A DNA stretch of 64,000 nucleotides from Tubiluchus corallicola. Lineage: Eukaryota; Animalia; Priapulida. The stretch covers positions 29,425-93,424 of the forward strand of contig JAQGDQ010000595.1 of NCBI GenBank assembly GCA_030141605.1, read 5' to 3'. The notes under the pieces were generated by a model that was not told the DNA's origin, searched no databases, and saw only the letters and a list, made by a program, of their open reading frames with translations. The position numbers and the translations under genes are program-made. Positions 26,830-36,139 of the stretch are shown piece by piece (position 1 is the stretch's first letter; the number at the start of each line of letters is the position of its first letter).

Positions 26830-29800
26830 ATCTCTTTGCAAATAAAACTTTTTCCTATTTTAGCCAAACAGTAATAAACTTAGTATTTTCATTCACACCT
26901 AGCAGTTGCAGATGTTTTTTTGTTCACATTTCTACTAACAGAAAAAAGCTAAAACTTGCAAAATACCTAGTTACCACAAAACTTATTTATTTAGTTTGTC
27001 AGTTCCATTTGAGTAAACATAAACGTCTAAAAGGAATGGCTAAAACTTACGGCTGTAGTTTGATCAGATCTGACACAGCGCATCGTCACTCCGTATTCGG
27101 TATATAGTGGGCCACGTTTTTTCCAGCTGTTACGGATTGTGCACAACGGCTAAATAAACGCAAAAGCAAAAACTTGACAACAACAAACAACCAACATCGA
27201 CAATGAACAATCTCCTTCATTGCTTTGCTGTTTTATCGATGTTTATATAATTATGCACATCTACTTATGTACATTTCACATCAGCTAATAATAAGCAAGT
27301 ATTGCTTCATCTGTTTATTTCATTTTGCTGTTCGCCGTATGATTGGACCATATAGGTAAATATCTATAGGTTTTACATGTCAAATGTAGACCTACGTTAA
27401 CTCAAATGTAGATTTAGATAATTCAAATGTGTCTTGGTAACTCAAATGTAGACTTAGGCAGTTCAAATGTATTAACAATGGTTTTCAAGAAATCTTAAGC
27501 GTTTTTGGTAAGTCAAACGTAGACACATGTCAAGTCAAATGTGACATTGGTATCTCAAATGTGGATAGGTGGTAAAATTTAAGGATGTTAAATTTAATCT
27601 TAATTTAGTAGTTGCTGTGAAAATAATAACTTTATAGGTTTACTAATAGTTCACTAATATTCTGTAAACTTTATATACCATTGGAACTGTTAGAGAAAAC
27701 AATACATTCTTAAAATAAACAATGTTTCTTGAGAGAAACTAATTCGTTAATGCAGTGCTAAATAAATATTAAATATAATAAAATATTCTTGGTGAAGAAA
27801 TTCAAAGTTGCTTAAACTCAGCAAAACAAATCTTACAAAGTTTCTTCTCGGCATAATCAACATGCGAATCACTTTCTCAATTCCGTTAGCTATAAAGTAT
27901 CCTCCCATTTCCTCAACTTCCTCTCCATGCTTCACGAGTTCAGAAGGGTTTAGTCGTGCCAAGTTACAGGCATTGCTCTGGAAAATGCAGGATTAATAAA
28001 ATTACAAATAATATGAGAAAATGTGTGCTTGAACACCAAAACCATCCATAAGTCGGCATACTTAAAACTACGTTATGATGCTTCAAAGTAGAATGCACCA
28101 AAAATATGGCCAAACGTATATTTGTTGGTTTTTTATAAAAACAAATGCTAAACATATTGGTCTTTTATATTCTAGCATCAAATTATTAAGAATATGTTCA
28201 AAAAGTACTACAAATCTAATTTTATAACCCCGTACCCACTTTTATGACTAGTAATGTGATAGCAAAAAAGTTGTATTTTCAAACTCCAATACTACCTTGT
28301 GAAATCATTTATTTAGCTTTTTATTTTATTTATCTGTCATTTATTTGTTTTTTTATTTTTATTTTCTAATGGTAACTACATTAAAATGATCCAGAGGTTA
28401 GAAAAGTGAAAAGTTGAACAATAAGATTTATAAACAGTTTGACACAATTTAAAATGCAGACACCCTGTTACCTTAACCATAACTGGTACCTCTCCTATTG
28501 GTCGTGTAAATGTATCTGCAGTGCGACCATTTATGCGCCATGTAATAGTCGCCTGCAACTTTCCCTTATATGTAGTCAACCTTTCCCTGCACTGAAACAA
28601 GAAAGGAATGAATGTAACTGTTGTGGAGATCGCTGATGTCAAGTAGAATTGCATAGAACACCGTAGAATGTTCCGTCGGAATGACCGCCTTAGCGTCTGG
28701 ATTGTTCGAGAAGTTTCTGCAGTGCGCTATATAAGGCGAAGCAGGCTGCGGATCGCACATCGCACACAGATCTAACGCGGACTTATACTTATTCTTGTGC
28801 ACTCACTTAAACGTTTTCCAGATTTTCACGTTTAGTATAATCATTTCCCGTTCCTTCATCTTTTGTGTTGTAGAATTCTCGCTAAAATAAAGTAGTTTTA
28901 TTTAACGGAGTGTTTTCTGGTTTTCTCTAGGAGCCTTCCGAGAGAAACAAAACACAACTGTAACATCTTCTTATTTGTTTAAATCCTAACACCCAAAAAA
29001 TTGATGTCAGACAAAAATGGCTACCAGTGTATTCAGACAGATTATCTGTCACCAGACAGATTATGTAGCCAGAAAATGCATAAAAGCTTACCAATAAGAA
29101 TTTGTAGACTAATTTGACGCAAAAGATAAAAGTCTTCAATACAGAATGTATACAGTAACTGATAGTGTGCAGCTGTGTGTCTAATTATATAGAATGTTTG
29201 AATAAAAAAATTACAGATATAACAGCGGTAGCTCTCAACGTAGCAGACATGCGGAAAAGGTGATTTGAGAAGTATCGAATTTAACATCAGATTGAGACAA
29301 TAAAAAATGATCTTAAAATATTTATTATTCCAACTATACAACGAGCTAATCCAAAATCAAAATGACAACAAACAACCTGAAGTGAAGATAATTGTCAAAA
29401 ACCTGTGCGTCGTCGTCGTCCGCTTAGCCTTACACCAATCTTTCTGCCATGTGCCTGCCCCCGATATTGCGGGGAAAAGCCGAAAATGCACGAACAATTA
29501 AAATATCGAGTTAGCCGCTACGACCGAATGCCGTGGCACAGGTGAGAATAATCAAACTGTGGCAGCAATAGCAGATAAAAGATGAAATTGTTCCAGTCTA
29601 AATAGAACATCCAAAATTCTAAGTAAGTTTTATGCAGGATCTTTCCCAAACATTCCTAGAGAATTCATAAAGTTCACTGAAAGGATTGTTTTTACACAGT
29701 TGCTTTGTTTAGCAGTCTTGTTCACATATTACATATGCAGTGTAATCATACACGAAAACCACATGCAGCCAGTGATATTTTATACGGACGAAAAGACAAA

Positions 29801-32800
29801 ATGTGGAGGTTTTTTTAACAAGAACATTTAGCAAGAAATTGCCAAATCGAAAATATACAAGTAATCAGGCAGCAGGAACATTTTGACAACATTAGTGTTA
29901 TTTTCACACAGAACCTAGCCACTGGGGGGGAGGGGGGGGCAAGCCGGCCCAACTCAGTGCCGGTCCCAAGCCAGGATAAATAGCCAGGAAGGGCATCCGC
30001 CTGTAAAAACTGCGCCAAAACCTTCTATGAATGAGTCTAAAGTCCACAAAGAAGTGGTCAGACCTGCTCTAATCTATGGGCTGGAAGCAGCTTCTCTAAA
30101 GAAGACCGAAGAGAAGAAAATGGATGTGGTGGAGATGAGAATGTTGAGAAGGATGGTGGGAATAACAAGAAGAGATAAAATTAGAAATAATAATATCAGA
30201 GGAACTGTAAAAGTAGTGGAAGCCTCGCAAGATTGTGATGGTATGGACACCTGAAAAGAAGAGTCGGTGAAGATCATGTGGGAAGGGAGGTCATGGAAAT
30301 GGAAGTGCTGGGAAATAGAAGAAGAGGACGACCCAAGGGGAGATGGATTGAATGTATTAATGGAGACCTTAGAGAGGAGAACATAAATGAAGAGATGGTC
30401 AACAACGGAATGCGTGGAGAAGACTCATTCACAACGACGACCCCGCATAGGGAAAAGCTGGGAAAAAGAAGAAGAAGAGGTGTTATTTTCACAAATAGAA
30501 CTATAGTTGATTCAACGGCCAAACGTATCAGCAGGCCTACTTGCAAGGAAATATTACGTATAAGTGTATTGTGCGTACAAACATTTTTGATTTTGGATTT
30601 GAAATCTTCATTATTAAAAAACAGGATATTATGAACTAGTTAAAACAACGTAACAAATAACTTACTTCAGTAGGATAAACCTTCAATGTTGAAACAGTGA
30701 CGTTTCCTTGTGCAACCGTTGGCAAGCTGATAGTAGCATCCTAAAATGTAGAAATTTTTCTTTTAAAGATTTTTATTTCCTTCAAAAAGTGCTGCTGTAG
30801 GGGGCAGAGTAACCCATTAGCCGAAGTAGGACACTTCCGATAAAACACATGTGGTAAATTTGCAGAAAAGCAGTGTCGTACATGGGCAGCCCAAGTAGGA
30901 CGCTAGCGATTTGTGTCGAGAATCGAGATTTATGCCATAATAAAACATAAAACTATATTTGTTTTAGAAAAAAGTAACTTTATAATAATGATGGATAGCC
31001 CTTGACAATTTACAAATGTATTTTTTACAACAAATAATCATTATTATTATTAGCTCCATAAATATCATCATAACATTAAACTATGTATCTAATTCTTTAA
31101 AGGGAGATTCTATCAGGGCACATAACTCGCTAACCCGTTTACTTAGTAGGAAACAATTATTTGTCAAAGAGGGATTGAAAAGGATCACCTGTCTGTGAGC
31201 AAGACAAAATAAAAAATGATATACCTTAAACAAATGTTGCAATCGCCTAAAAGTGTGCTATTTCACTTCAAAGAAGATTAATATTGGCAAATATTAATTT
31301 TTCTAGCTCAGAATAAAATTCTTTTATTTTATCAGATGTATAATAAAATTATTCAACGTGTATCGACGTTTTTAATTATTATTATTACATAAACAATGGC
31401 AAACGGACGGTGGCAGTACGCTTAGCGACTCAATTCACGACCTGTTTCTAGTGTCCTACATGGGCAGCCCATGTACGACGGGTCCTACTTGGGCTAGCCC
31501 ATGTACGACGGGTCCTACTTCGGCTAGTGGGTTACTCGGCGCCCAACACTGCATTTACATTTGCTGACCTCTGACAACAATCTTTAAGATTTAATGTTGA
31601 TAATTGAGTTTATCACACATTTTTACATACTAAAGAAAAACAAAATTTAAAAAGACAGTGGATAGATTACAACACTGCACTTGTGAGGGTAAACTATTTT
31701 GCATATAACATTATCAGATAGATTTGATAGTTAGGAAAAGTGAGAAAAACTTACCTCAATACTGATCGCAATTCTGTCTTTGTTAGGAAGTTCAAATTCC
31801 GCAGGTTGTACATTCTGCAACACAGAAACAAGATTCACAAGATTCATTGCTATTGCATAAAAATGACTAAGTATATCTAAGTAATTAGATAGATGAGTGT
31901 TAGACAGAAAAACACGTGCATATGCCAATGACAATTATACGGATATGTTGTATTTAGTTTAGATAGTTTTTTCTTTTTTGTTTTTATATTGTTTCTTATG
32001 TTGGGTTGAGTTCTTGATTTATATGTAATTATTAGTTTTGTTTTTGATGAGTTCAAATTTTCCATTTTGTTTGCTAATTTAAATCTTGCCTCTTCTCATA
32101 GCCAAACTTATTTACTGTTTCTAAATTTAAACTTATTTGAACTTGTTGCCTCATTTATTTTTATTTATTTTGTTAAGTTGCTTATTATTTTCATTTGTAC
32201 ATACCTCACTTGACAGGTCATTTAATTTTCTTTAGTTTGGATAGGGGTGGTTGACTTGGTGACCCTTGGTCTTTTCGCCACACCGTCTTTATTTTAGTTT
32301 TTACCTTTTGTTTATGTTTATTATGTAAAATTCAGAGACAAATAAATTTTTTACTTACTTACTTACTTACTTGTAACTTCTGTGAATACATTAACAAGAT
32401 TCACTGATATTGTATACAAAATGACAATAATCAGATTAAGTATTGCAATTACAAAAAGCTGAAAATAAACACTTGTGCGAGCCAATGATAATTAAACAGA
32501 AATCTTTCTATACATAATTCATAATCATTTATTGAAAAAAAAACCAATAAAATTATTCTAGTTAATTAAAGTTAAAAGCAATAGATACCATATTGCCGAG
32601 CTAAACCTGAAACTATTATACGTACTCTAATAGCAGTGCTGAGTCCATCACTTAAGACCCAATTGAAAGAATCAATGTGAGGTCGGACCAAATCTTGCAG
32701 CGTCTGAAACAGGATTCAATAATAAAATCTGTAACAAATTAATGATCTACAATTCTGGTGTGGCAGCAATAACTTTTACCTTTACACAGAAGTGTAAAGA

Positions 32801-34780
32801 TCTGGGTATCACCATCGATAGTATGCTTAATTTTCAAACACATATAAACAACGTTGTCAATAAAGCACATGGAAGACTGGCATTGATCAATTGTAGTTTC
32901 CTTGACGGACCTATGGTAACCAAACTGTACAAATCAATGGTTCGTCCCATTCTGGATTATGGTGACGTGATTTGCAGCCCAAATCGTCAAGACATGATAA
33001 GGAAAATTGAAAGTATACAACGTCGAGCTACTAGACTTGTACCTGCCATTTCTCATTTACCGTATGTTGCAAGACTTAAGATTCTGGGCTTTACAACTCT
33101 GAAGTACAGACGCAAAAGACAAGATTTAATCCAAACATGCTGCATTCTTAAAAGCATAGAAACCATCAACAGTGAAATATTTTTCCACCGACAGACATAT
33201 CATGGTACCAGAGGTCACTCCTATAAAATCAAGAAGAGGACAGTTCCCCAAAGGTGGAGTAGAAGAAGATTCACATTTGCAAGGCGAGTAATTAATGAGT
33301 GGAACACGCTGCCTGACAATGTAGTTCAAGCATCCAATCCTGCCCAGTTTAAGTTTCGTCTCGATAGATATTGAAAAAACAATGCTGAAAAATATATAGC
33401 ATACCTGTCAACCTATACGGTTTGGCCGTATTGCTGTACGGGAAAAATGCATTTTTGGCCCAATACGGCTTACAAGAAAATCCATACGGCGAAAAGAAAA
33501 ATATACGGCAAAATCAAAATGTTGCTCAGCGAAAATAATCGCATCGAATATTCCCTTTTTGATCGGTACTTTCATGCAGACGATCTTACTTCCGTTCAAA
33601 CGTTGTCATTGCGCACACTCAGCTAATAATTTTTAACATCTGGTTAACCACTTCCGCTATTTCATTCGTGAAAAAAACATGGCAAGCGAACGTGTTCCTC
33701 CGGCGAAAAAGCAAAAAACTGGAACTGGACGTCATTTAAAAGAATGGGAGAGCCCAAAGTTTTGTGGTGGAGCATACGCTGGATGGGTGAAAGCCTCGTC
33801 AGAAGGCTGCGACTACTCGTTTTGTGTTCCATGTAGGAAAAATGTGAAAGTGCGAGCGTCATTCAGTTTTGCAGTAAAGTAATTCAGTGATTGTATAACA
33901 GGATATAAGGAAGAATGTGAGATTAACTTGAACCCTCTCTCGTTTTTATGTGTTTTGTCTTTTTTTTAATATATATGTATATATAAAGTTAAGTGTTTGT
34001 TACAAAATTCCATCTGATATGCATACATAAATAATATCACACCATAACTAAATAGTTTTTTTTTCATGAAAACAAGACAATAAAATCATGTTCCAATGAT
34101 TTTTTTGTTGTTGTGTGGACTGATATGCGATCTCGTGACTGGTCTGTTTCTGTTGGCTCCCAGCAAATTAACATATTTTCAGATTCCGTAAGGTCCCGTG
34201 CTGTCTTATAAGGTTTAGCAAGACCCTATATAAGGGCAACGCTAATAACATGTTGACAGGTATGATATAGACACCAGGTTGCCACAATGGCAACAAGAAA
34301 CCCTGTGCTTCGCTTCGTGATCGCAGTGTCGCCAGCTAATATGTATTTTTAATATTGATAAAGTAAACAAGGAAGAGTGGAGAGGTTCATAAGCTATTTA
34401 TATTTATATCTATGTCTATTTAAGCTTAACCTCTATCCTTCGACAGTAACGGTAAAATGTTTCTGCTCCACTCACTGTTTTGTATACAGTTGCAACTTCT
34501 GCTTTCTGTTTATATAACAAAATCAATAAATAAACGTTCGTAGTCCTCACTTCAGTGTGATATTTTTATCAGCTCTATGAAATGCTTGATGTCAATGACA
34601 AAATCCACAAATCGTAACTAATGAAGAACATTAAACCATCTAATTAGTTCTAGAATTTAAAGTGAGACAAAAGTAATCTTGCACCTGGTTTTGAGCAGTA
34701 GGAATTTTTCCAAACCAGCTTTTTGTTAAATGCTTGTTGCTGTGAAATAAAGGCACACATGTTTCAGTGGAAGCAGACAT
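3492..34780 (-). CDS. POLR1B: RNA polymerase I subunit RPA2/RPA135, complete 21-exon gene (1143 aa by manual assembly)
   Basis: 21 GT-AG exons with consistent phases, 3432 nt in total. Motifs include [101 protein letters not shown] and the C-terminal CxxC..CxxC zinc site; N-terminus and several motifs are Pol I type. Confidence 0.96.
3922..4333. mobile_element. hAT-like MITE family B, copy 1
   Basis: TIR CAGGGGTGTGCAA; 8-bp TSD CTCTAGAA/GTATAGAA; homologous (inverted) to 16823-17304 and 49724-50211. Confidence 0.85.
4541..5014 (+). mobile_element. LTR-like interspersed repeat, copy 1
   Basis: Begins TGTTGTGGAG like the solo LTR at 28619; internal AATAAA; TGTAACA at 4973-4979; 4593-5014 recurs inverted at ~7788-8208. 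No TSD found. Confidence 0.6.
5138..5302 (-). CDS. POLR1B: POLR1B exon 20
   Basis: gtag|[44 protein letters not shown]|gtagc. Confidence 0.96.
5654..6114. mobile_element. MITE family A (TIR CAGGGATGAGAAT), copy 1
   Basis: Perfect 13-bp TIR; highly similar to five other copies in the window; no TSD recognisable. Confidence 0.88.
6752..7376 (+). mobile_element. Non-autonomous Helitron-like element, copy 1
   Basis: TATATA-rich 5' end; 3' hairpin CGCAAAA..TTTTGTG followed by CTAG|T; homologous to 12640-13020 and 60358-61050. Confidence 0.75.
7612..7766 (-). CDS. POLR1B: POLR1B exon 19
   Basis: gcag|[36 protein letters not shown]|gtatt. Confidence 0.96.
7788..8208 (-). mobile_element. LTR-like interspersed repeat, copy 2 (inverted)
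   Basis: Reverse complement closely matches 4593-5014. Confidence 0.7.
8223..8310 (-). pseudogene. 3'-truncated 5S rRNA copy (nt ~1-88)
   Basis: Reverse complement GTCTACGGCCATGTCACGTTGAAAACACCGGTTCTCGTCTGATCACCGAAGTTAAGC..TACTTGGATGGGT, then similarity stops. Confidence 0.88.
8460..8558 (-). CDS. POLR1B: POLR1B exon 18
   Basis: gtag|[32 protein letters not shown]|gtgag. Confidence 0.95.
8714..9340 (-). mobile_element. 5'-truncated CR1/L2-group LINE 3' end
   Basis: ORF2 C-terminus [24 protein letters not shown]; AATAAA plus (TGACTTA)n tail; same family at 61987-62983. Confidence 0.8.
9977..10133 (-). CDS. POLR1B: POLR1B exon 17
   Basis: tttcag|[30 protein letters not shown]|gtaag. Confidence 0.96.
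10432..10641 (-). CDS. POLR1B: POLR1B exon 16
   Basis: tttcag|[29 protein letters not shown]|gtgag. Confidence 0.93.
10874..10991 (+). rRNA. 5S rRNA-derived sequence (near full length; head of a retroposed element)
   Basis: CTACGGCCATATCACGTTGAAAACAC..GATCACCGAAGTTAAGCAACG..GGTTAGTACTTGGATGGGTGACCG..GAATACCAGGTGCTGTAGGCTT is canonical metazoan 5S with A box, IE and C box; no oligo-T terminator follows. Confidence 0.9.
10874..11416 (+). mobile_element. 5S-headed RTE-derived retroposon (candidate SINE3)
   Basis: 11-bp TSD ATAAAACTTAT (10863-10873 / 11417-11427); 5S head; RTE ORF terminus [19 protein letters not shown] (11308-11367); RTE-type 3' tail. Confidence 0.8.
11770..12166 (+). mobile_element. 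TTAA-flanked (Kolobok-like) non-autonomous element, truncated
   Basis: Starts TTAA|AGGAAGACAGG; homologous to 18343-18956 and (inverted) 41564-42147. Confidence 0.65.
12220..12368. repeat. (GA)n microsatellite
   Basis: Pure (GA)n ~12271-12353 with GA-rich flanks, just inside POLR1B intron 15. Confidence 0.97.
12385..12552 (-). CDS. POLR1B: POLR1B exon 15
   Basis: aag|[26 protein letters not shown]|gtaag. Confidence 0.94.
12640..13020 (+). mobile_element. Helitron-like element, 3' half
   Basis: Same family; ends CGCAAA..TTTGCG-GGGCCTTTG-CTAG|T. Confidence 0.75.
13224..13706 (-). CDS. POLR1B: POLR1B exon 14
   Basis: ttag|[34 protein letters not shown]|gtaag. Confidence 0.96.
14270..14595 (+). 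mobile_element. RTE-clade LINE 3' fragment
   Basis: [37 protein letters not shown]-terminal zinc finger; (CAT)n tail. Confidence 0.88.
14845..15052 (-). repeat. Interspersed repeat (also 24726-24990 and 28036-28295)
   Basis: Shared CCAAAACC..CATAAGTCGGCATA..GCTTCAAAGTAGAATGCA..CTAGCATCAA..ATAAACCCC block; inverted here. Confidence 0.65.
15131..15651 (-). CDS. POLR1B: POLR1B exon 13
   Basis: tttcag|..[35 protein letters not shown]..|gtaag. Confidence 0.96.
15725..16098 (-). mobile_element. Solo LTR, family 1
   Basis: TGTTG..CAACA termini; 5-bp TSD ATTTA/ATTGA; TATATAA box; homologous to 28619-28959. Confidence 0.82.
16104..16438. mobile_element. Tc1/mariner (pogo/Tigger-like) MITE
   Basis: TIR CCGTATTTATTCGAGTATAA.GCGCA, TA flank; partial related copy at ~45554-45815. 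Confidence 0.85.
16823..17304. mobile_element. hAT-like MITE family B, copy 2
   Basis: TIR (T/C)AGGG(G/A)TGTGCAAAT; perfect 8-bp TSD TACTAGCA. Confidence 0.9.
17354..17708 (+). mobile_element. Solo LTR, family 2
   Basis: TGTTA..TAACA termini; 5-bp TSD GATAT/GGTAT; CATAAAA and AATAAA. Confidence 0.75.
17923..18016 (-). CDS. POLR1B: POLR1B exon 12
   Basis: gcag|[18 protein letters not shown]...|gtaag. Confidence 0.9.
18343..18956 (+). mobile_element. Kolobok-like non-autonomous element
   Basis: Same family; ends ..GCT|TTAA. Confidence 0.65.
19508..19679 (-). CDS. POLR1B: POLR1B exon 11
   Basis: ccag|[26 protein letters not shown]...[16 protein letters not shown]|gtaat. Confidence 0.94.
19885..20484. 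mobile_element. hAT-like MITE with internal ~90-bp tandem duplication
   Basis: TIR CAGTGGCGGCTCGT / ATGAGTCACCACTG; TSD CATAAATT/GAAAAATT. Confidence 0.7.
20926..21072 (-). CDS. POLR1B: POLR1B exon 10
   Basis: gttag|[11 protein letters not shown]...[26 protein letters not shown]|gtaat. Confidence 0.9.
21130..21626 (+). mobile_element. LINE 3' tail (L2/Crack-like), copy 1
   Basis: Near-identical to 24080-24578; terminal stem-loop, AATAAA, (ATTGA)n tail. Confidence 0.75.
22237..22830. mobile_element. Tc1/mariner-type MITE
   Basis: Perfect 27-bp TIR GGGGAGACCCGGGTAAAGTGGATCACT; TA on both sides. Confidence 0.9.
23050..23126 (-). CDS. POLR1B: POLR1B exon 9
   Basis: ccag|[25 protein letters not shown]|gtaga. 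Confidence 0.92.
24080..24578 (+). mobile_element. LINE 3' tail (L2/Crack-like), copy 2
   Basis: Direct repeat of 21130-21626. Confidence 0.75.
25314..25842. mobile_element. MITE family A, copy 2
   Basis: TIR CAGGGATGAGAAT; flanking direct repeat CTTATGG. Confidence 0.9.
25929..26024 (-). CDS. POLR1B: POLR1B exon 8
   Basis: tttcag|[32 protein letters not shown]|gtata. Confidence 0.9.
26777..26831. repeat. (TAAA)n microsatellite
   Basis: About 13 perfect units. Confidence 0.95.
27051..27149 (-). CDS. POLR1B: POLR1B exon 7
   Basis: tttag|[33 protein letters not shown]|gtaag. Confidence 0.92.
27365..27600 (-). mobile_element. Partial, unexpanded copy of the TATAGGTTTTACA-TIR MITE
   Basis: Reverse complement of the right arm of 56700-59299 with a single 40-bp unit. 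Confidence 0.8.
27837..27977 (-). CDS. POLR1B: POLR1B exon 6
   Basis: ccag|SNACNL...[26 protein letters not shown]|gtaag. Confidence 0.95.
28472..28591 (-). CDS. POLR1B: POLR1B exon 5
   Basis: tttcag|[12 protein letters not shown]...GEVPVMVK|gtaac. Confidence 0.93.
28619..28959 (+). mobile_element. Solo LTR, family 1
   Basis: TGTTGTG..CACAAC(T); perfect 5-bp TSD GTAAC; TATATAA and AATAAA in LTR order. Confidence 0.85.
29909..30479 (+). mobile_element. Internally deleted (bipartite) RTE retroposon
   Basis: 14-bp TSD GTGTTATTTTCACA; RTE 5'UTR-like motif GGAAGGGCATCCG..GTAAAA joined to ORF C-terminus ([22 protein letters not shown]); (GAA)n tail. Confidence 0.85.
30666..30740 (-). CDS. POLR1B: POLR1B exon 4
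   Basis: ttttag|[25 protein letters not shown]|gtaag. Confidence 0.9.
30798..31546. mobile_element. MITE with ~35-bp TIR
   Basis: GAGTAACCCATTAGCCGAAGTAGGAC / GTCCTACTTCGGCTAGTGGGTTACTC. Confidence 0.78.
31755..31814 (-). CDS. POLR1B: POLR1B exon 3
   Basis: gcag|[20 protein letters not shown]|gtaag. Confidence 0.9.
32626..32703 (-). CDS. POLR1B: POLR1B exon 2
   Basis: tttcag|[26 protein letters not shown]|gtacgt. Confidence 0.9.
32742..33374 (+). mobile_element. CR1-type LINE ORF2 3' fragment
   Basis: [57 protein letters not shown]; 3'UTR resumes after the DNA-transposon insertion (34271-~34340). Confidence 0.92.
33400..34264 (+). mobile_element. Internally deleted DNA transposon (hAT-like, 6-bp TSD)
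   Basis: Perfect TIR CATACCTGTCAAC; TSD ATATAG; ORF 33679-33882 resembles a transposase N-terminus (PAKKQK NLS, W..W..FCVPC BED-finger start). Confidence 0.8.
34685..34780 (-). CDS. POLR1B: POLR1B exon 1
   Basis: ATG at 34780; [32 protein letters not shown]|gtgc; the KHLT..FG.P segment resembles the RPA2 N-terminus. Confidence 0.8.
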
Positions 34781-34913
34781 GTCCAAACTCAAAGAAGTAT
34801 GGGATTGATAAGCTGATCACGTGGTGCAAATGACGCTGCAATATGGACGTGCTGGTTTGATAAGTTTCAGAAATTATGCTTAATGCCAACATTTATATTA
34901 CACAGGAGCTGTA
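34781..34913. promoter_or_regulatory. Putative bidirectional promoter POLR1B/VPS50
   Basis: 133 bp between divergent ATGs; palindromic E-box CACGTG at 34818-34823 and TGACG half-CRE at 34831-34835. Confidence 0.65.
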
Positions 34914-34955
34914 ATGGATATTAAAAACAAGTTAAAGTCTATAATAAAAGGACAG
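34914..34955 (+). CDS. VPS50: VPS50 exon 1
   Basis: [14 protein letters not shown]|gtgtg; resembles the syndetin N-terminus (MQKIKSLMTRQ|G). Confidence 0.8.
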
Positions 34956-36107
34956 GTGTGTACATGGCAATAAATTAGAACTATATATTGCCAATATTTG
35001 CCATAAATGGTCTTTGAAGTTAGGCTAATTTACTTGCATTATATAGACTGACTAACCTTTTATTTAGTGTACTCTAGATGTTAGTTTAGCCTGCTCTTAA
35101 TTACAATAGATATTAACTATAATCTAATGAGTGCATTCATGTTACATTGGTCAAAGTTGTCGATCCATAACTAAAATAAAAAATGGGAGTGAAACCTTTC
35201 ACTTTTGAGAGTAATTAATGTCAGCTTCAAAATCAAAGTTTGAGACTTCAGATTTCCTCGTTTATATAGCCTATTTTAGTACACTAGTCCAGCCTGGAAT
35301 CCGTATTACTTGAAAGACGTTGTTGTGTCGCAATCTGTACAGAGAAGATTTACACGCAGAGTTGCAGGTATGGAAAATCTCACTTATTCGCAGTGACTGC
35401 AAGAACTCCACATATCATCACTGGAAGAAAAGTGCCTATATGCTGATTTAGTTATGGTATATAACATCATTCATGGAAATATCATGAGTTCTCAGTTATG
35501 CCGTATGTACGCAAGAGGAACTTTCAAACTTTTCAATAAACGCACCAGATTCAAGCTTTGCCAAGGTAGTTATTCAGTTAGTATAGTGCCAGTGTGGAAC
35601 CATTTGTTCATTTCTACCCTAAAATTATTGGTGCCAATTCTACCACTGGTTTCACCACTTTCTTGAAAATGCACTTCTCAAACGTTTTTTGAAAAATAGC
35701 AGTCTGCTGCAGTAATACTGCTTTTTTTCTCTGGGGATCAGAGTAGTCGTTGCCAACATGATTTTTGCTCTGATGTGAACAACGGATCCCTGAAGGAAGC
35801 CTAAATAAATGAGAAATTGAAGACTTCTATCTTTTCATTACCTGTCGATAATTTACCTAGGGCGATAGCAGGATCATGCGGGAGGAATTCTGGAACTTCT
35901 GGAACTACCTGATCTGGAAAGACTAAACGTCACATTGTTGTGTTTATACCAGACGGTATAGTCTAGTAGAAACACGTCTGCTTTCTGTCTGGCAGGTCCT
36001 TCTTTTTTTGTAGTTATATGTTGTGATTTACAGTCAGCCCAAAGGTCTTTGGAGCTTATGTTAATTATTCATCCTAAAAGCCGACTTTAAATAAAGATTA
36101 TTATTCA

Positions 36108-36139
<32 letters not shown>

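Noticed and set aside
29925-29940. G-rich tract as a G-quadruplex regulatory site
   Set aside because: Only two G runs, inside a retroposon fragment.
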